From a bacterium (GTDB taxonomy: Bacteria > Zhuqueibacterota > Zhuqueibacteria > Residuimicrobiales > Krinioviventaceae), in NCBI GenBank assembly GCA_963675755.2, contig CAXXMD010000003.1, forward strand, positions 2,368,001-2,432,000: DNA of 64,000 nucleotides. The letters are read 5' to 3'. The notes beneath the pieces are model-generated. The model made no database searches. It saw only the letters and a program-made list of their open reading frames with translations, and was not told the origin of the DNA. Position 1 is the stretch's first letter, and the number at the start of each line of letters is the position of its first letter. The translations under genes and the position numbers were made by a program. Shown here piece by piece: positions 20,790-30,009 of this stretch.

Positions 20790-21758
20790 TTACAATGCGG
20801 CTTGAAATAATATGGTTAACAGATTGCCTGTGTTTTCATCGTCAATGATTTCGTAATTAATCAACAACCGGTTCAGGGGATTAAAATAATACCCGGCGCT
20901 TAATGTTGAACGGGATTTTTCACTGCCCTGGTCATCGTTATACTTGTCGAATCTGAATCCTGCTTCTATATTTTTGGGAAACATATAGGTAGTATAGAGG
21001 TAATACCCTTCAGGAGTGATGTTTTCAAGGCTTGTATAGCTTTCATACTTGGCACGAATATATTCTGATTGGACGGTCAGAGATTGTTTTTGATACCGGA
21101 ACAAAAATCCCAATGCAGACTCGTCCAGCTCTTGTTCGTTCCAGGGACGGCTACCGCTGTAAACGGAAAGTCCCGCAAGAAAATGCTTTTGTATCTCTGC
21201 TCCAACAAAGGCAGCCAGGTCCTTTTTATTATTGTTGTCGGTTGTATTGGGGCCCGTACCATTAAAAACCATGGCTTTTACATGTAATTTGAATGTATCG
21301 CTAAACGGGAAAAGGGTTTCAGCGGCCAAACCGGTGTCTCTGTATAATGAGCCTTCCGCCCCCAGTTTTTTAACAATATTGGTTGTAATAAAAGAAGGGG
21401 ATACAAACTTCCATCTTACCAGAGGGCCATAGGCTTCGTATCCGAATGGGTATTTGAATTGTCCCGCACGCAGGGATAAATATTTATCCACCTGATATTT
21501 GACCCAGGCTTGCATTAAAACCTGGCTTTTCACATTGCCCATGGCGTGAAAGCTCCATTTGTCTGCGGTTTTACCGTTTACCAACAGCATTGCTGTGTTG
21601 ATTTGGAACGTGTTATCCGGATTTGCATTGTCGGATTCGTTCTGGATATAACTGCTTTGGATCCAGACACCCCAGTCCGGTTCTATGGATTGCTTTTCCT
21701 GTGCAAAGAGCATACTGGTTGCAAATAGCAAAAGTAATAGCGATGTAAAAGATTTCAT
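20790..21758 (-). CDS. Outer-membrane porin (phosphate-selective porin O/P-like)
   Basis: Signal peptide; LRAGQFKYPFGYE, YRDTG, VFNGTG..DNNNKKD motifs; start at MKSFTS. Confidence 0.78.
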   Translation of the reverse strand: MKSFTSLLLLLFATSMLFAQEKQSIEPDWGVWIQSSYIQNESDNANPDNTFQINTAMLLVNGKTADKWSFHAMGNVKSQVLMQAWVKYQVDKYLSLRAGQFKYPFGYEAYGPLVRWKFVSPSFITTNIVKKLGAEGSLYRDTGLAAETLFPFSDTFKLHVKAMVFNGTGPNTTDNNNKKDLAAFVGAEIQKHFLAGLSVYSGSRPWNEQELDESALGFLFRYQKQSLTVQSEYIRAKYESYTSLENITPEGYYLYTTYMFPKNIEAGFRFDKYNDDQGSEKSRSTLSAGYYFNPLNRLLINYEIIDDENTGNLLTILFQAAL

Positions 21759-22025
21759 AGTGATTTCCAATATTTTAGTAACACATGGGATAAATTGTTA
21801 TTAAATAAGATGAAGGCCAGAGGTGAAAGATTCAAGGTTTTATAAATAAATGATTCAATAAGATAAGCTTTATTAATAATTTTTATAATGGTCATCTAGA
21901 GCTTTGAAGCCTGTTAAAGAACTGCATTTGACATGATGCAAAGCTGGGATGATGTTTTAATCTTGAATTTTTTTCGTTTTCAAGTGTAATATAAAGAGAG
22001 GAATAGAACAATTGGAGGTGTAATA

Positions 22026-22652
22026 ATGAAAAAAATACAACCTTTTAAGAATATGGATACTGCAATTGAATCTCTGGATAACGGTGGACATTTTTATAAT
22101 ATTTTAACCAAAGCGGATGATGGCATTATAAGTCGATCTGAATTGGGCAAAGTTGGGGGTGTTTTTAACGATAAACAACAAATGATGCTTTTTCTGGAAA
22201 TGTCTTTGCTTGCATTCAGTCAAACGGATAAAGATTTGATTCTTGCAAAGCTTGACAAAGATTTGACAACGAGTTATCTTGAATTCAAGTCTCAAGAACT
22301 ACTGCCTTCGGAAGCTAAAAAAGATGGGATTATCTCCTCAAATGCAATTATAACCGGAATACCCAAGCTTGTAGATTCACGATCTGATTTTGTGGGATTT
22401 ATCATGTTCCCCATCATGAGCGGTGATGTACCCACAATGATGATGATACCCATGACTGACGAGTATGATGTATATGAACTACGGGATGAGGAAATATCGG
22501 ATACATTTTTAATCGCTCATGCCAAAGATGAAATGAAACTACCGAACGAAAAAATAATATTGGGTGGAGTCATTAAAGAACTGCAAGCTGTAAAAAAAGC
22601 AGGCAGCCCGACAGGGAAATTTCTTGAGGTTGTTTATTACTGTGATTGTTGA
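22026..22652 (+). CDS. Hypothetical protein
   Basis: 208-aa ORF with GGAGG RBS; no motif recognised. Confidence 0.7.
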   Translation: MKKIQPFKNMDTAIESLDNGGHFYNILTKADDGIISRSELGKVGGVFNDKQQMMLFLEMSLLAFSQTDKDLILAKLDKDLTTSYLEFKSQELLPSEAKKDGIISSNAIITGIPKLVDSRSDFVGFIMFPIMSGDVPTMMMIPMTDEYDVYELRDEEISDTFLIAHAKDEMKLPNEKIILGGVIKELQAVKKAGSPTGKFLEVVYYCDC

Positions 22653-22697
22653 TTTGCCTATAACAATTGGCAGAATACGACCAGGAGCTTTGTCTCT

Positions 22698-24410
22698 TTA
22701 AAAATAAAACCTGAATCCTGCATTAAAATTGAAATGATTGCCGCTTGTTTCTTCTTCAAGGTCTATGGTATTGTTTTCAAAAGATGTATCATTAAAGTTT
22801 CCCCGTATCAGAATTATTGTTCCACCAATACTCATGTTCCGGGTTAACAGATAATCAACAGCAATTTCAGCATAACTGCCAAGGGTACTGCTTTCCAAAG
22901 TCAAATGTTCACCGAAAATGTTGCCTTTGTCGGTATAATCGAGTTTTCCTAATCCCAGGGCACCTGAGAAATAAAAGTTTTCTTTCAAGCGTTGATACGC
23001 GCAAAATACAGCTCCAGCAAATGTAAAAGTGAGGTCATCACTAATATCTCCATAGGCAAGCACTTCCATTGTGTCTTGATCATAGATATAGATATCATTG
23101 ATCGACCCAAAAGAATGAAATCTTGAATATCGTAATCCTATACCGTATTCGTGGGTAATAAACATCGTTGCTTCGATATTGATATTGTTTCCGCCTTTGA
23201 TTTCGTCATAATAATCATCCATGATTTCCGTGCTATTGGATGGGATTTCTGCCAGATACCTGCTGTAACCATATCCTAAACCCACATGGAATTTGTGCAG
23301 CATTTCTTTTTTCTTTGGATGAAATTGATTTTGATTTTCAGACGGTGTGTTTTGATATTCGGGCAAGCCGAGTTCGCCTGTATAGGCATTATTCTCTGCC
23401 GGATTTTCAGGTGTTTGAACTGTATTTTGAGATTGTCCACTTTGCGCAAGCGCTTTTTGTAAAATGCCGGGATCATAGCTTTCCAGCTTGGGATATATTT
23501 CAAGGTAAATCAATGAATCCTGTTTTATGGTATTGGTCTTGAAATAATTTGTTCCCAGGGTATCGATGAGAATATCTCCCTTTGGACCCAGGTATAACGA
23601 AATCGCATCATAGGAGTAATCGTTAACATAACCGGGGATGGCTCCTGATTTGGTTTTAAACTTTAATCCATTTTCATCCTGACTTATTAATTCGCCGGCG
23701 ATAATGGTATTTCTATTATCTTTTGTAATCAGCAGCGGACACCGTTTGAGGATTTCCGATTTGATTGTTTGAAATGGAGGGGTGTATTTTATAACAGGTT
23801 TGGCCACATTATCAATTTTGTATCGGCCATCCGGGCGAACCAGAAGCAATATGTCTTCCATGGCATAAAATTTTGTATCTGGATCATAAAACATGCTGAC
23901 GCGGTTTTGATCGAACAGGATCCCATTGTACAATTCCGCGACAAGTTTTCCTTTGAGCTTTTCACCGCTTTTCAATTTGAGTTCATAGGTCAGGGGTTTG
24001 TCCTGCATTTCTCTTCGGGGTTTGGATTTGGAAATATTTAATTTTTCGTATACGGATTCGTAAACATCCATGCCCTCATATGGGGATTGCGATTCCCAGT
24101 AATTGTAACCGTTTGGGGCCAGCAGTACTTTGCCTGAAGGATTAAGCAAGATTGAAATTTGTTGAAAAGAATAAAAATTTGATTGTGAGCTTGTTTGTGG
24201 TGTGTAATATAATCCACTATTGGTAAGCGAATCGATTTTGCCGAATATAACGCTGTCGGGTTGTGATTTTAATATTAATAACGGACAGTGTTGCGATACA
24301 ATTTTTTTCTTTTCTTCAGGTTTAATGGTGTTATTTGCAAAGGTAGTACTAAAACTTGTAACAAAAAAAATGAAAACAATAGCTGCAAAGGATCCCAAAT
24401 TATGCTTCAT
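22698..24410 (-). CDS. Exported protein with internal repeats and a C-terminal outer-membrane beta-barrel
   Basis: Signal peptide; duplicated CPLLI...G.L...GL...YS...IS..L.P.G..L...G.NY module; ends FNAGFRFYF. Confidence 0.7.
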   Translation of the reverse strand: MKHNLGSFAAIVFIFFVTSFSTTFANNTIKPEEKKKIVSQHCPLLILKSQPDSVIFGKIDSLTNSGLYYTPQTSSQSNFYSFQQISILLNPSGKVLLAPNGYNYWESQSPYEGMDVYESVYEKLNISKSKPRREMQDKPLTYELKLKSGEKLKGKLVAELYNGILFDQNRVSMFYDPDTKFYAMEDILLLVRPDGRYKIDNVAKPVIKYTPPFQTIKSEILKRCPLLITKDNRNTIIAGELISQDENGLKFKTKSGAIPGYVNDYSYDAISLYLGPKGDILIDTLGTNYFKTNTIKQDSLIYLEIYPKLESYDPGILQKALAQSGQSQNTVQTPENPAENNAYTGELGLPEYQNTPSENQNQFHPKKKEMLHKFHVGLGYGYSRYLAEIPSNSTEIMDDYYDEIKGGNNINIEATMFITHEYGIGLRYSRFHSFGSINDIYIYDQDTMEVLAYGDISDDLTFTFAGAVFCAYQRLKENFYFSGALGLGKLDYTDKGNIFGEHLTLESSTLGSYAEIAVDYLLTRNMSIGGTIILIRGNFNDTSFENNTIDLEEETSGNHFNFNAGFRFYF

Positions 24411-24540
24411 AATATCGCCCCTGTTTCTTAAAGTGTTTTTAACCCCTGGGAGTTGTTAAAAGATAATAGAACAAATGATCAGATACAAGTGAAAATACGT
24501 TGATTTGTACGGTATAATAAATCAGCTTTAAATACAAGTG

Positions 24541-24643
24541 TCCTGTTTGAAATCAATAAGGAATTGCCCTGCACCTCCGAGGTGCCGGGCAATTATTGTT
24601 CTTGTAGTATTCTGAACCATTATCGGCATTTTCAAGTGCAGGG
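24541..24643. repeat. ~103-bp direct repeat, copy 1, containing a REP hairpin
   Basis: AATTGCCCTGCACCT-CCG-AGGTGCCGGGCAATT plus flanks that align ungapped with 25304-25406. Confidence 0.9.
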
Positions 24644-24653
24644 AGATATCAAG

Positions 24654-25238
24654 TCAATCAATCAAATATGGTTTAATCTTAATCGAAAAATCCTTATGAG
24701 GTATATAATCCTTAACAAAAAGTTCATATTCTTTTGGTGATTGAAAATAGTCATATAACCATTTTGAGTTGAATAAAGAATTGTTCCTTTTGTTAATCCA
24801 ATCTTAATAATCTGAATATTGATAATTCTCAAGTTGAGTTACTAGTGGTTTTTTTCTGTCTATAGGATTACGATGTATATAACGTATCAAATGGACCATA
24901 TATGAGTTATCATCAACCAGAATGCATTTGAATCTGCCCTGAAATAAAGTTCCGTTTCGATTATACATTTTGTTAAATGCCTTTGAATAGCAGTTGAATA
25001 AATTAAATATGTATTTTGATATGGGGGTGTTTTCTTTTTGTTGCAAAAGGAAATGGAAGTGGTTTGGCATTAGGCAGTAAGCGATTATTTCTATATTAAG
25101 AGACTTGCAATATTTTTGGATTTTTTCTATCAGGTAGATATAATTGTCATGAGTTTTAAAAATTATTTCATTGTTAATACTTTTGTTATAAACGTGATAA
25201 CATTCCCCACTATTAAATGTTATTTTACGTTGTGGCAT
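24654..25238 (-). pseudogene. REP-associated tyrosine transposase (RAYT, Y1 HUH family) with premature in-frame TAA
   Basis: YHVYNK, AYCLMPNHFHFLL (HUH), GTLFQGRF, YIHRNP; after TAA at 24804-24806 the frame continues DWINKRNNSLF...EYELFVKDY...PYLID to TGA at 24654. Confidence 0.85.
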
Positions 25239-25303
25239 GTATTCCCCTCAAGATTGTTGTTAAAAGAATATAAAGGTTTATAATAAATATGCAACTTAAA
25301 ATT

Positions 25304-25406
25304 TCTTGTTTGAAATTAATAGGGATTTGCCCGGCACCTCCGAGGTGCCGGGCAAATATTGTTCTTGTAGTATTTTGAACCATTATCAGCATTTTCAAGA
25401 GCCGGG
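25304..25406. repeat. ~103-bp direct repeat, copy 2, containing a perfect REP hairpin
   Basis: ATTTGCCCGGCACCT-CCG-AGGTGCCGGGCAAAT (15-bp stem, 25325-25357). Confidence 0.9.
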
Positions 25407-25520
25407 CAAGTATTGACCTAAAATCAACCTTTGCAATTGTGGCATCTTGTTTGTATATTAAAAGTTTATAATTCATTTGTCCTGGCTTAGGGCCTTTAAT
25501 TACCTTACAAGGAGCATGTT

Positions 25521-26822
25521 ATGCGAAGAAACATTGTTCATGAAGGGTCAGGGCAGCTAACTTACGAGATACGTGAGATTGTCGAAGTCGGTATGCAGTT
25601 GAAGCAGAAGGGACTGGATATCGTCTGGGAGAACATTGGTGATCCCATTCAAAAAGGCGAAAAGCTGCCGGACTGGATCAAAGAAATCATTGGAGATTTG
25701 GTTGCGCAAGAGCGCACCTATGGTTATGTACATACCAAAGGTGTTCCCGAAGCGCGAGCGTTTTTGGCGGAAAAGGTCAATGAACGCGGCGGCTGCCAGG
25801 TAACTATTGATGATATCGTTTTCTTTAACGGTCTTGGCGACGCGGTTGCCAAAGTGTTCGGTTTCCTGAAACGCGAGGCGCGGGTGATTGGCCCATCCCC
25901 GGCATATTCCACGCATTCTTCTGCGGAAGCGGCGCACTCTGGTTATGAGCATTTGACCTACGAGCTGGACCCAATGATGAACTGGATGCCGGACCTGGAC
26001 GATCTGGAAAACAAGGTCAAATATAACGATTCTATTGCCGGTATGTTGATTATCAATCCTGATAATCCCACCGGTTCGGTATATCCCAAAGAATTTTTGG
26101 CGCGAATGGTAGATATTGCCCGTCGTTACCGCTTGTTTGTGGTTTGTGACGAAATCTATGCGCATATTATATATAACGGTGCCAAATCCGCACATCTCAG
26201 CGAAGTGATAGGTGATGTGCCCGGTATAGCGTTACGCGGTATTTCCAAAGAATACCCCTGGCCCGGCTCGCGTTGCGGCTGGATTGAGGTGTTTAACCAG
26301 CACAAGTATCCGGATTTCGAGATGTATGTAAACAGTCTGGTCAGTGCCAAGATGCTTGAAGTGTGCTCTACCAGTCTGCCGCAGTACTCGATTCCCAAGG
26401 TGATGGGCGATCCCCGGTATCTGGACCATTTGGAAACACGAAAAAAAATGTTTGAAAAACGGGTGAATGAAGCGTTTGAGATCTTTTCTGAAGTAGAGGG
26501 CGTTTATGTAACACGTCCCCAGGGTGCGTTCTATATGACCGTATTGTTTGACAATGGCAGTCTGAACCAAAAACAAACTTTGCCGATCCCTGATGCAGAT
26601 ATTCGCAGTTTTATTGAAGATAAAGTGGATGGTGTGGCACCGGACAAACGGTTTGTTTATTATCTGCTCGCATCCAAAGGGATCTGTGTTGTACCGTTAA
26701 CCGGATTTTGCTGCACACGTCATGGTTTCCGTATTACTATGCTGGAATGCGATGATGAAAAACGCCGCAACACCTGGCTGACCATTGCGGAAAGCATTAA
26801 AGAATATCTCGCTTCGGCGTAA
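25521..26822 (+). CDS. PLP-dependent class I/II aminotransferase
   Basis: ENIGDP, IINPDNPTG, CDEIY, GISKEYPWPGSRCGW. Confidence 0.92.
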   Translation: MRRNIVHEGSGQLTYEIREIVEVGMQLKQKGLDIVWENIGDPIQKGEKLPDWIKEIIGDLVAQERTYGYVHTKGVPEARAFLAEKVNERGGCQVTIDDIVFFNGLGDAVAKVFGFLKREARVIGPSPAYSTHSSAEAAHSGYEHLTYELDPMMNWMPDLDDLENKVKYNDSIAGMLIINPDNPTGSVYPKEFLARMVDIARRYRLFVVCDEIYAHIIYNGAKSAHLSEVIGDVPGIALRGISKEYPWPGSRCGWIEVFNQHKYPDFEMYVNSLVSAKMLEVCSTSLPQYSIPKVMGDPRYLDHLETRKKMFEKRVNEAFEIFSEVEGVYVTRPQGAFYMTVLFDNGSLNQKQTLPIPDADIRSFIEDKVDGVAPDKRFVYYLLASKGICVVPLTGFCCTRHGFRITMLECDDEKRRNTWLTIAESIKEYLASA

Positions 26823-26845
26823 ATATATTGTAATGATAAAATTTC

Positions 26846-26884
26846 AGCCCGCTTTCTGATTTTAGAGAGCGGGCTTTATTGTTT
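26846..26884 (+). terminator. Intrinsic terminator
   Basis: AGCCCGCTTTCT...AGAGAGCGGGCT followed by TTATTGTTT. Confidence 0.7.
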
Positions 26885-26951
26885 CTATTAAAATATTATT
26901 GTTTATTTTAAACTATCTTTTTCTTATAATTGAAAAAATAAAGGGGAGACT

Positions 26952-29006
26952 ATGTGCCACATCAATTATAGTGAATTTGTAAAAAGATACTTTCAAGAGG
27001 GAAAATATCGACAAAACAGACCATTAACGGCTAAAAATTTTATTGATTATTGTAAAACATGTGGTATTTCAACATCTTTAGATGAATTAGAATTATTGGA
27101 GAAAAATAAATTGTTTTTTCCAATTTTTAGGATAGAAAGACCTATATGTGAAGAGGGTAATCAGAAATATTATTCTGATTATAGTTTTGATGAGTTTGGA
27201 TCAGATTTATTGATAAATTGGATTGAAAATAAACTGATTTATTCTCCACAATCCCACAATTTTAAATCTTGGGATAACTTTTATGGTCCAGATCTATCGA
27301 ATGGCAATGAAAAAATTGTTTCCTATTATTCTTCATTTCAGATATACATTTTATATAAGATAAAAGAACAAGTGATAAAAAGAATCGATTTGTTATTTAA
27401 AAATATAGACTTAGGTCCTTTTACAATTACTTTAATAGACAGAAAACCAAATATAGAATATAACCTTTCAATAAAGTATCAATGGGATAAAAAAGACGAG
27501 TTTCATTATTCTTTTAATGAAATTCGTAAATGGAGTAAAAGTTATGAATTAATAGCTCAAATATTAAAGAAAGAGTACTCGTTTGGAATAAGAAAGCAAA
27601 GAACTCAAATTGAAATTGAAAAGTTTGAAAAATTTTTATATTTCATGTTAGATATTCAAAATATTTTTTTCCCTTATACTAAAAGCAACAATCGAAAGTT
27701 TTCAATCTCGGGCACTATTAAAGAGTGGAATAAAGATAGACATGATTTTAATGCAAGTAATGTACTTAAAATACATGATATTAAGATTGATTTTGTTATA
27801 GACTGGTATATCAAGCTTTCATGGGAGTCTTGTTCTATTTTAGGTTCATATAGTCATGATTGGCCACAGTTATGGAAGAACATAAAATGGGGAAAGAAAA
27901 AAGAATTGAAAGGAGAGATTAGAAGAGGTTTAGAGCTTTTTGGTTGGGCGAATATGCTAAGAAAGTTTTTGGTGGAATATTATGGTCAAGATATTCTTGA
28001 TATAGATGAAGTTCAGGCTATTTCTACAAGTGCCTTTTTAAAAATTGTTAATGATGGTCAAAAAATTACAACAACACGAGACTTCAGGCTCAAAAGATAT
28101 AATGATGAAGTAAAAGGTATCAATTACTATAATGATAAATATAAGCGACTTTTCTATTTAGCAAACGATTTTGGTATCGAATATCAACCCAGAATTATAT
28201 TGTTTGTTGAAGGAATTATTGAAACGATTGTAATTCCAAAATTATATGAATGGTATACTGGAGATACTTTAGAGAATATTGGAATAGAAATTGTGTGTTT
28301 TGAAGGAGTTGATAAATTGCTGTCTACATCAGAAACAGCAAGAAAATTAAGAAATTTAATTATTGATTTACAACGAGAGGAAAAAGAAGCAATCCTTTCA
28401 AAAACAAAACATGGAAATCTAAATGAAATTATTCGAAAATTGGAAAATATAGATATTATTATATCAAACTGGACATCTTTTATTAATTACAATTTAGAAA
28501 AATGGCAGATGATACCATATTTTTTGTCAGATAATGAAGGAAATGTTAAAAGATTTTTAACTACTGAAAAACCTATTAGATATTGTGGTGAGAATTACAA
28601 TGTTCCATCAAAATGGCAATTTCTTTGGGGAATTAATAATGAAAATCAACCATTTAAAGGTGATAGTTTTGAATTAGCAAATTACAGTAATGAAGAGTTA
28701 GCGTTGGTAATCTCTGAAATTTTAGATAAAAAAATTAATGAAAAAAATATTGAAGAATTAAGAGAAAATAATTCAAGCATAAATAAAATTGATGCAAAAA
28801 TCGAAGAGAACAAAAAAGAAATTAACAATAAGCTGGTTGAGGAATTGTTAAAAAAAGAGGATAAGAATATATTACAAAGACCAATTTTTAACGTTTTTAA
28901 TCAGGTTAGAGAATTAGCAATTTTTAATCATCCTCCATCAAATACTCGAACAGAAGTTTCAAATCGGGAATATATTTTAGAATTACTAAATGAAAATCAG
29001 AAATGA
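26952..29006 (+). CDS. AT-rich orphan: putative N-terminal HTH-like region plus C-terminal OLD-type Toprim nuclease domain
   Basis: IILFVEGIIE, GIEIVCFEGV, FLSDNEG and SFE motifs; LELLEKNKLFFP...YYSSFQI resembles a MerR-like HTH; no Walker A motif seen. Confidence 0.65.
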   Translation: MCHINYSEFVKRYFQEGKYRQNRPLTAKNFIDYCKTCGISTSLDELELLEKNKLFFPIFRIERPICEEGNQKYYSDYSFDEFGSDLLINWIENKLIYSPQSHNFKSWDNFYGPDLSNGNEKIVSYYSSFQIYILYKIKEQVIKRIDLLFKNIDLGPFTITLIDRKPNIEYNLSIKYQWDKKDEFHYSFNEIRKWSKSYELIAQILKKEYSFGIRKQRTQIEIEKFEKFLYFMLDIQNIFFPYTKSNNRKFSISGTIKEWNKDRHDFNASNVLKIHDIKIDFVIDWYIKLSWESCSILGSYSHDWPQLWKNIKWGKKKELKGEIRRGLELFGWANMLRKFLVEYYGQDILDIDEVQAISTSAFLKIVNDGQKITTTRDFRLKRYNDEVKGINYYNDKYKRLFYLANDFGIEYQPRIILFVEGIIETIVIPKLYEWYTGDTLENIGIEIVCFEGVDKLLSTSETARKLRNLIIDLQREEKEAILSKTKHGNLNEIIRKLENIDIIISNWTSFINYNLEKWQMIPYFLSDNEGNVKRFLTTEKPIRYCGENYNVPSKWQFLWGINNENQPFKGDSFELANYSNEELALVISEILDKKINEKNIEELRENNSSINKIDAKIEENKKEINNKLVEELLKKEDKNILQRPIFNVFNQVRELAIFNHPPSNTRTEVSNREYILELLNENQK

Positions 29007-29012
29007 ATTCTT

Positions 29013-29624
29013 ATGAAAGATTTTTTAATTAAAATATTTGCTATATTCTTTGTTTACACAATAAATTCAAATGCACAAAATTTAATAGATTCTCCCTCCC
29101 TCTGGCAGCCCGTCGATTATCCCGGGCATGGGATTGTGACTGTGAATGACGGTACCGTTGTGCTGGGCAAAGGCGAGACTGTGACCGGCGTACGCTGGAC
29201 AGGTGTGGATCTGCCAATAGCTCAATACGAGATTACGTTTGAGGCCAAGCGCACCAGCGGTAATGATTTTTTCTGCGCGTTGACCTTTCCGGTAGATTCC
29301 AGTTTTGCCACACTGGTGCTTGGCGGTTGGCAGGGCAATGTGACGGGACTGAGCTGTATTAACGGCATAGATGCCGCACGCAATTTTACCGGTACATTTA
29401 TGAAATATGAAAACCAGCAGTGGTACTCGGTCAGGTTAGAGGTAACGGATGAGGTTGTCCGTGCCTGGGTGGATGATCGTCGTGTGGTAGATGTGTATCG
29501 AACGGATGGAAAGTTGTCTTTGCGGGATGAGATGAAGATGTTTAAGCCAATGGGATTCGCAAGCTGGAAAAGCAGCGGCGAGATACGGAACATCCGGTTA
29601 AAGGCGTTAAAAGATAGCGAGTGA
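29013..29624 (+). CDS. Exported DUF1080-like (ConA-like lectin fold) protein
   Basis: YEITFEAKRTSGNDFFCALTFPV..LVLGGWQG..GLSCING..QWYSVRLEV. Confidence 0.75.
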   Translation: MKDFLIKIFAIFFVYTINSNAQNLIDSPSLWQPVDYPGHGIVTVNDGTVVLGKGETVTGVRWTGVDLPIAQYEITFEAKRTSGNDFFCALTFPVDSSFATLVLGGWQGNVTGLSCINGIDAARNFTGTFMKYENQQWYSVRLEVTDEVVRAWVDDRRVVDVYRTDGKLSLRDEMKMFKPMGFASWKSSGEIRNIRLKALKDSE

Positions 29625-29636
29625 TTTTAACTACAA

Positions 29637-29887
29637 ACCGCAAAGTTCGCTAAGGATACGCCGAGAACGCAGAGGGAAAAATATCCAAAATAATCGTGAC
29701 AGAGATCATCACTGTCACGATCCTGGGTTGTGCTTTTATCCGTGTTTATCTGCGTTCATCTGTGGTTAATTTCAACAGAATGAAATCAAGAGTATTAAAA
29801 ATCCTCTCACAGAGTACAAAGCCCTAGAGCAAAAGTTAATATTTTTTCTTTGCGCCCATTGCGTTTCCTTTGCGATCTCTGCGTATT
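29637..29887. repeat. Nested REP-like cluster: CGCA(A/G)AG-family inverted repeat enclosing other palindromes
   Basis: Left arm 29637-29676, right arm 29847-29887; internal hairpin ATCGTGACAG/CTGTCACGAT; orphan arm ATCCGTGTTTATCTGCGTTCATCTGTGGTT. Confidence 0.75.
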
Positions 29888-30009
29888 GTCTTTTACTGCT
29901 TAAATATTAGAGCTCTTATAACAAGCGTTTTGTCTTTTCTTTTCCTTTTGCTTGATTTTTTGTGTTGAAACTGCTAATATACAATCTGAACATGTAGTTG
30001 GAGGTTGTA

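Noticed and set aside
24804-24806. TAA read-through or alternative genetic code
   Set aside because: Many intact genes here end in TAA at their expected C-termini; a nonsense mutation or sequencing error is simpler
25225-25476. 83-aa ORF upstream of the RAYT
   Set aside because: Runs through the REP hairpin and direct repeat; no protein-like features
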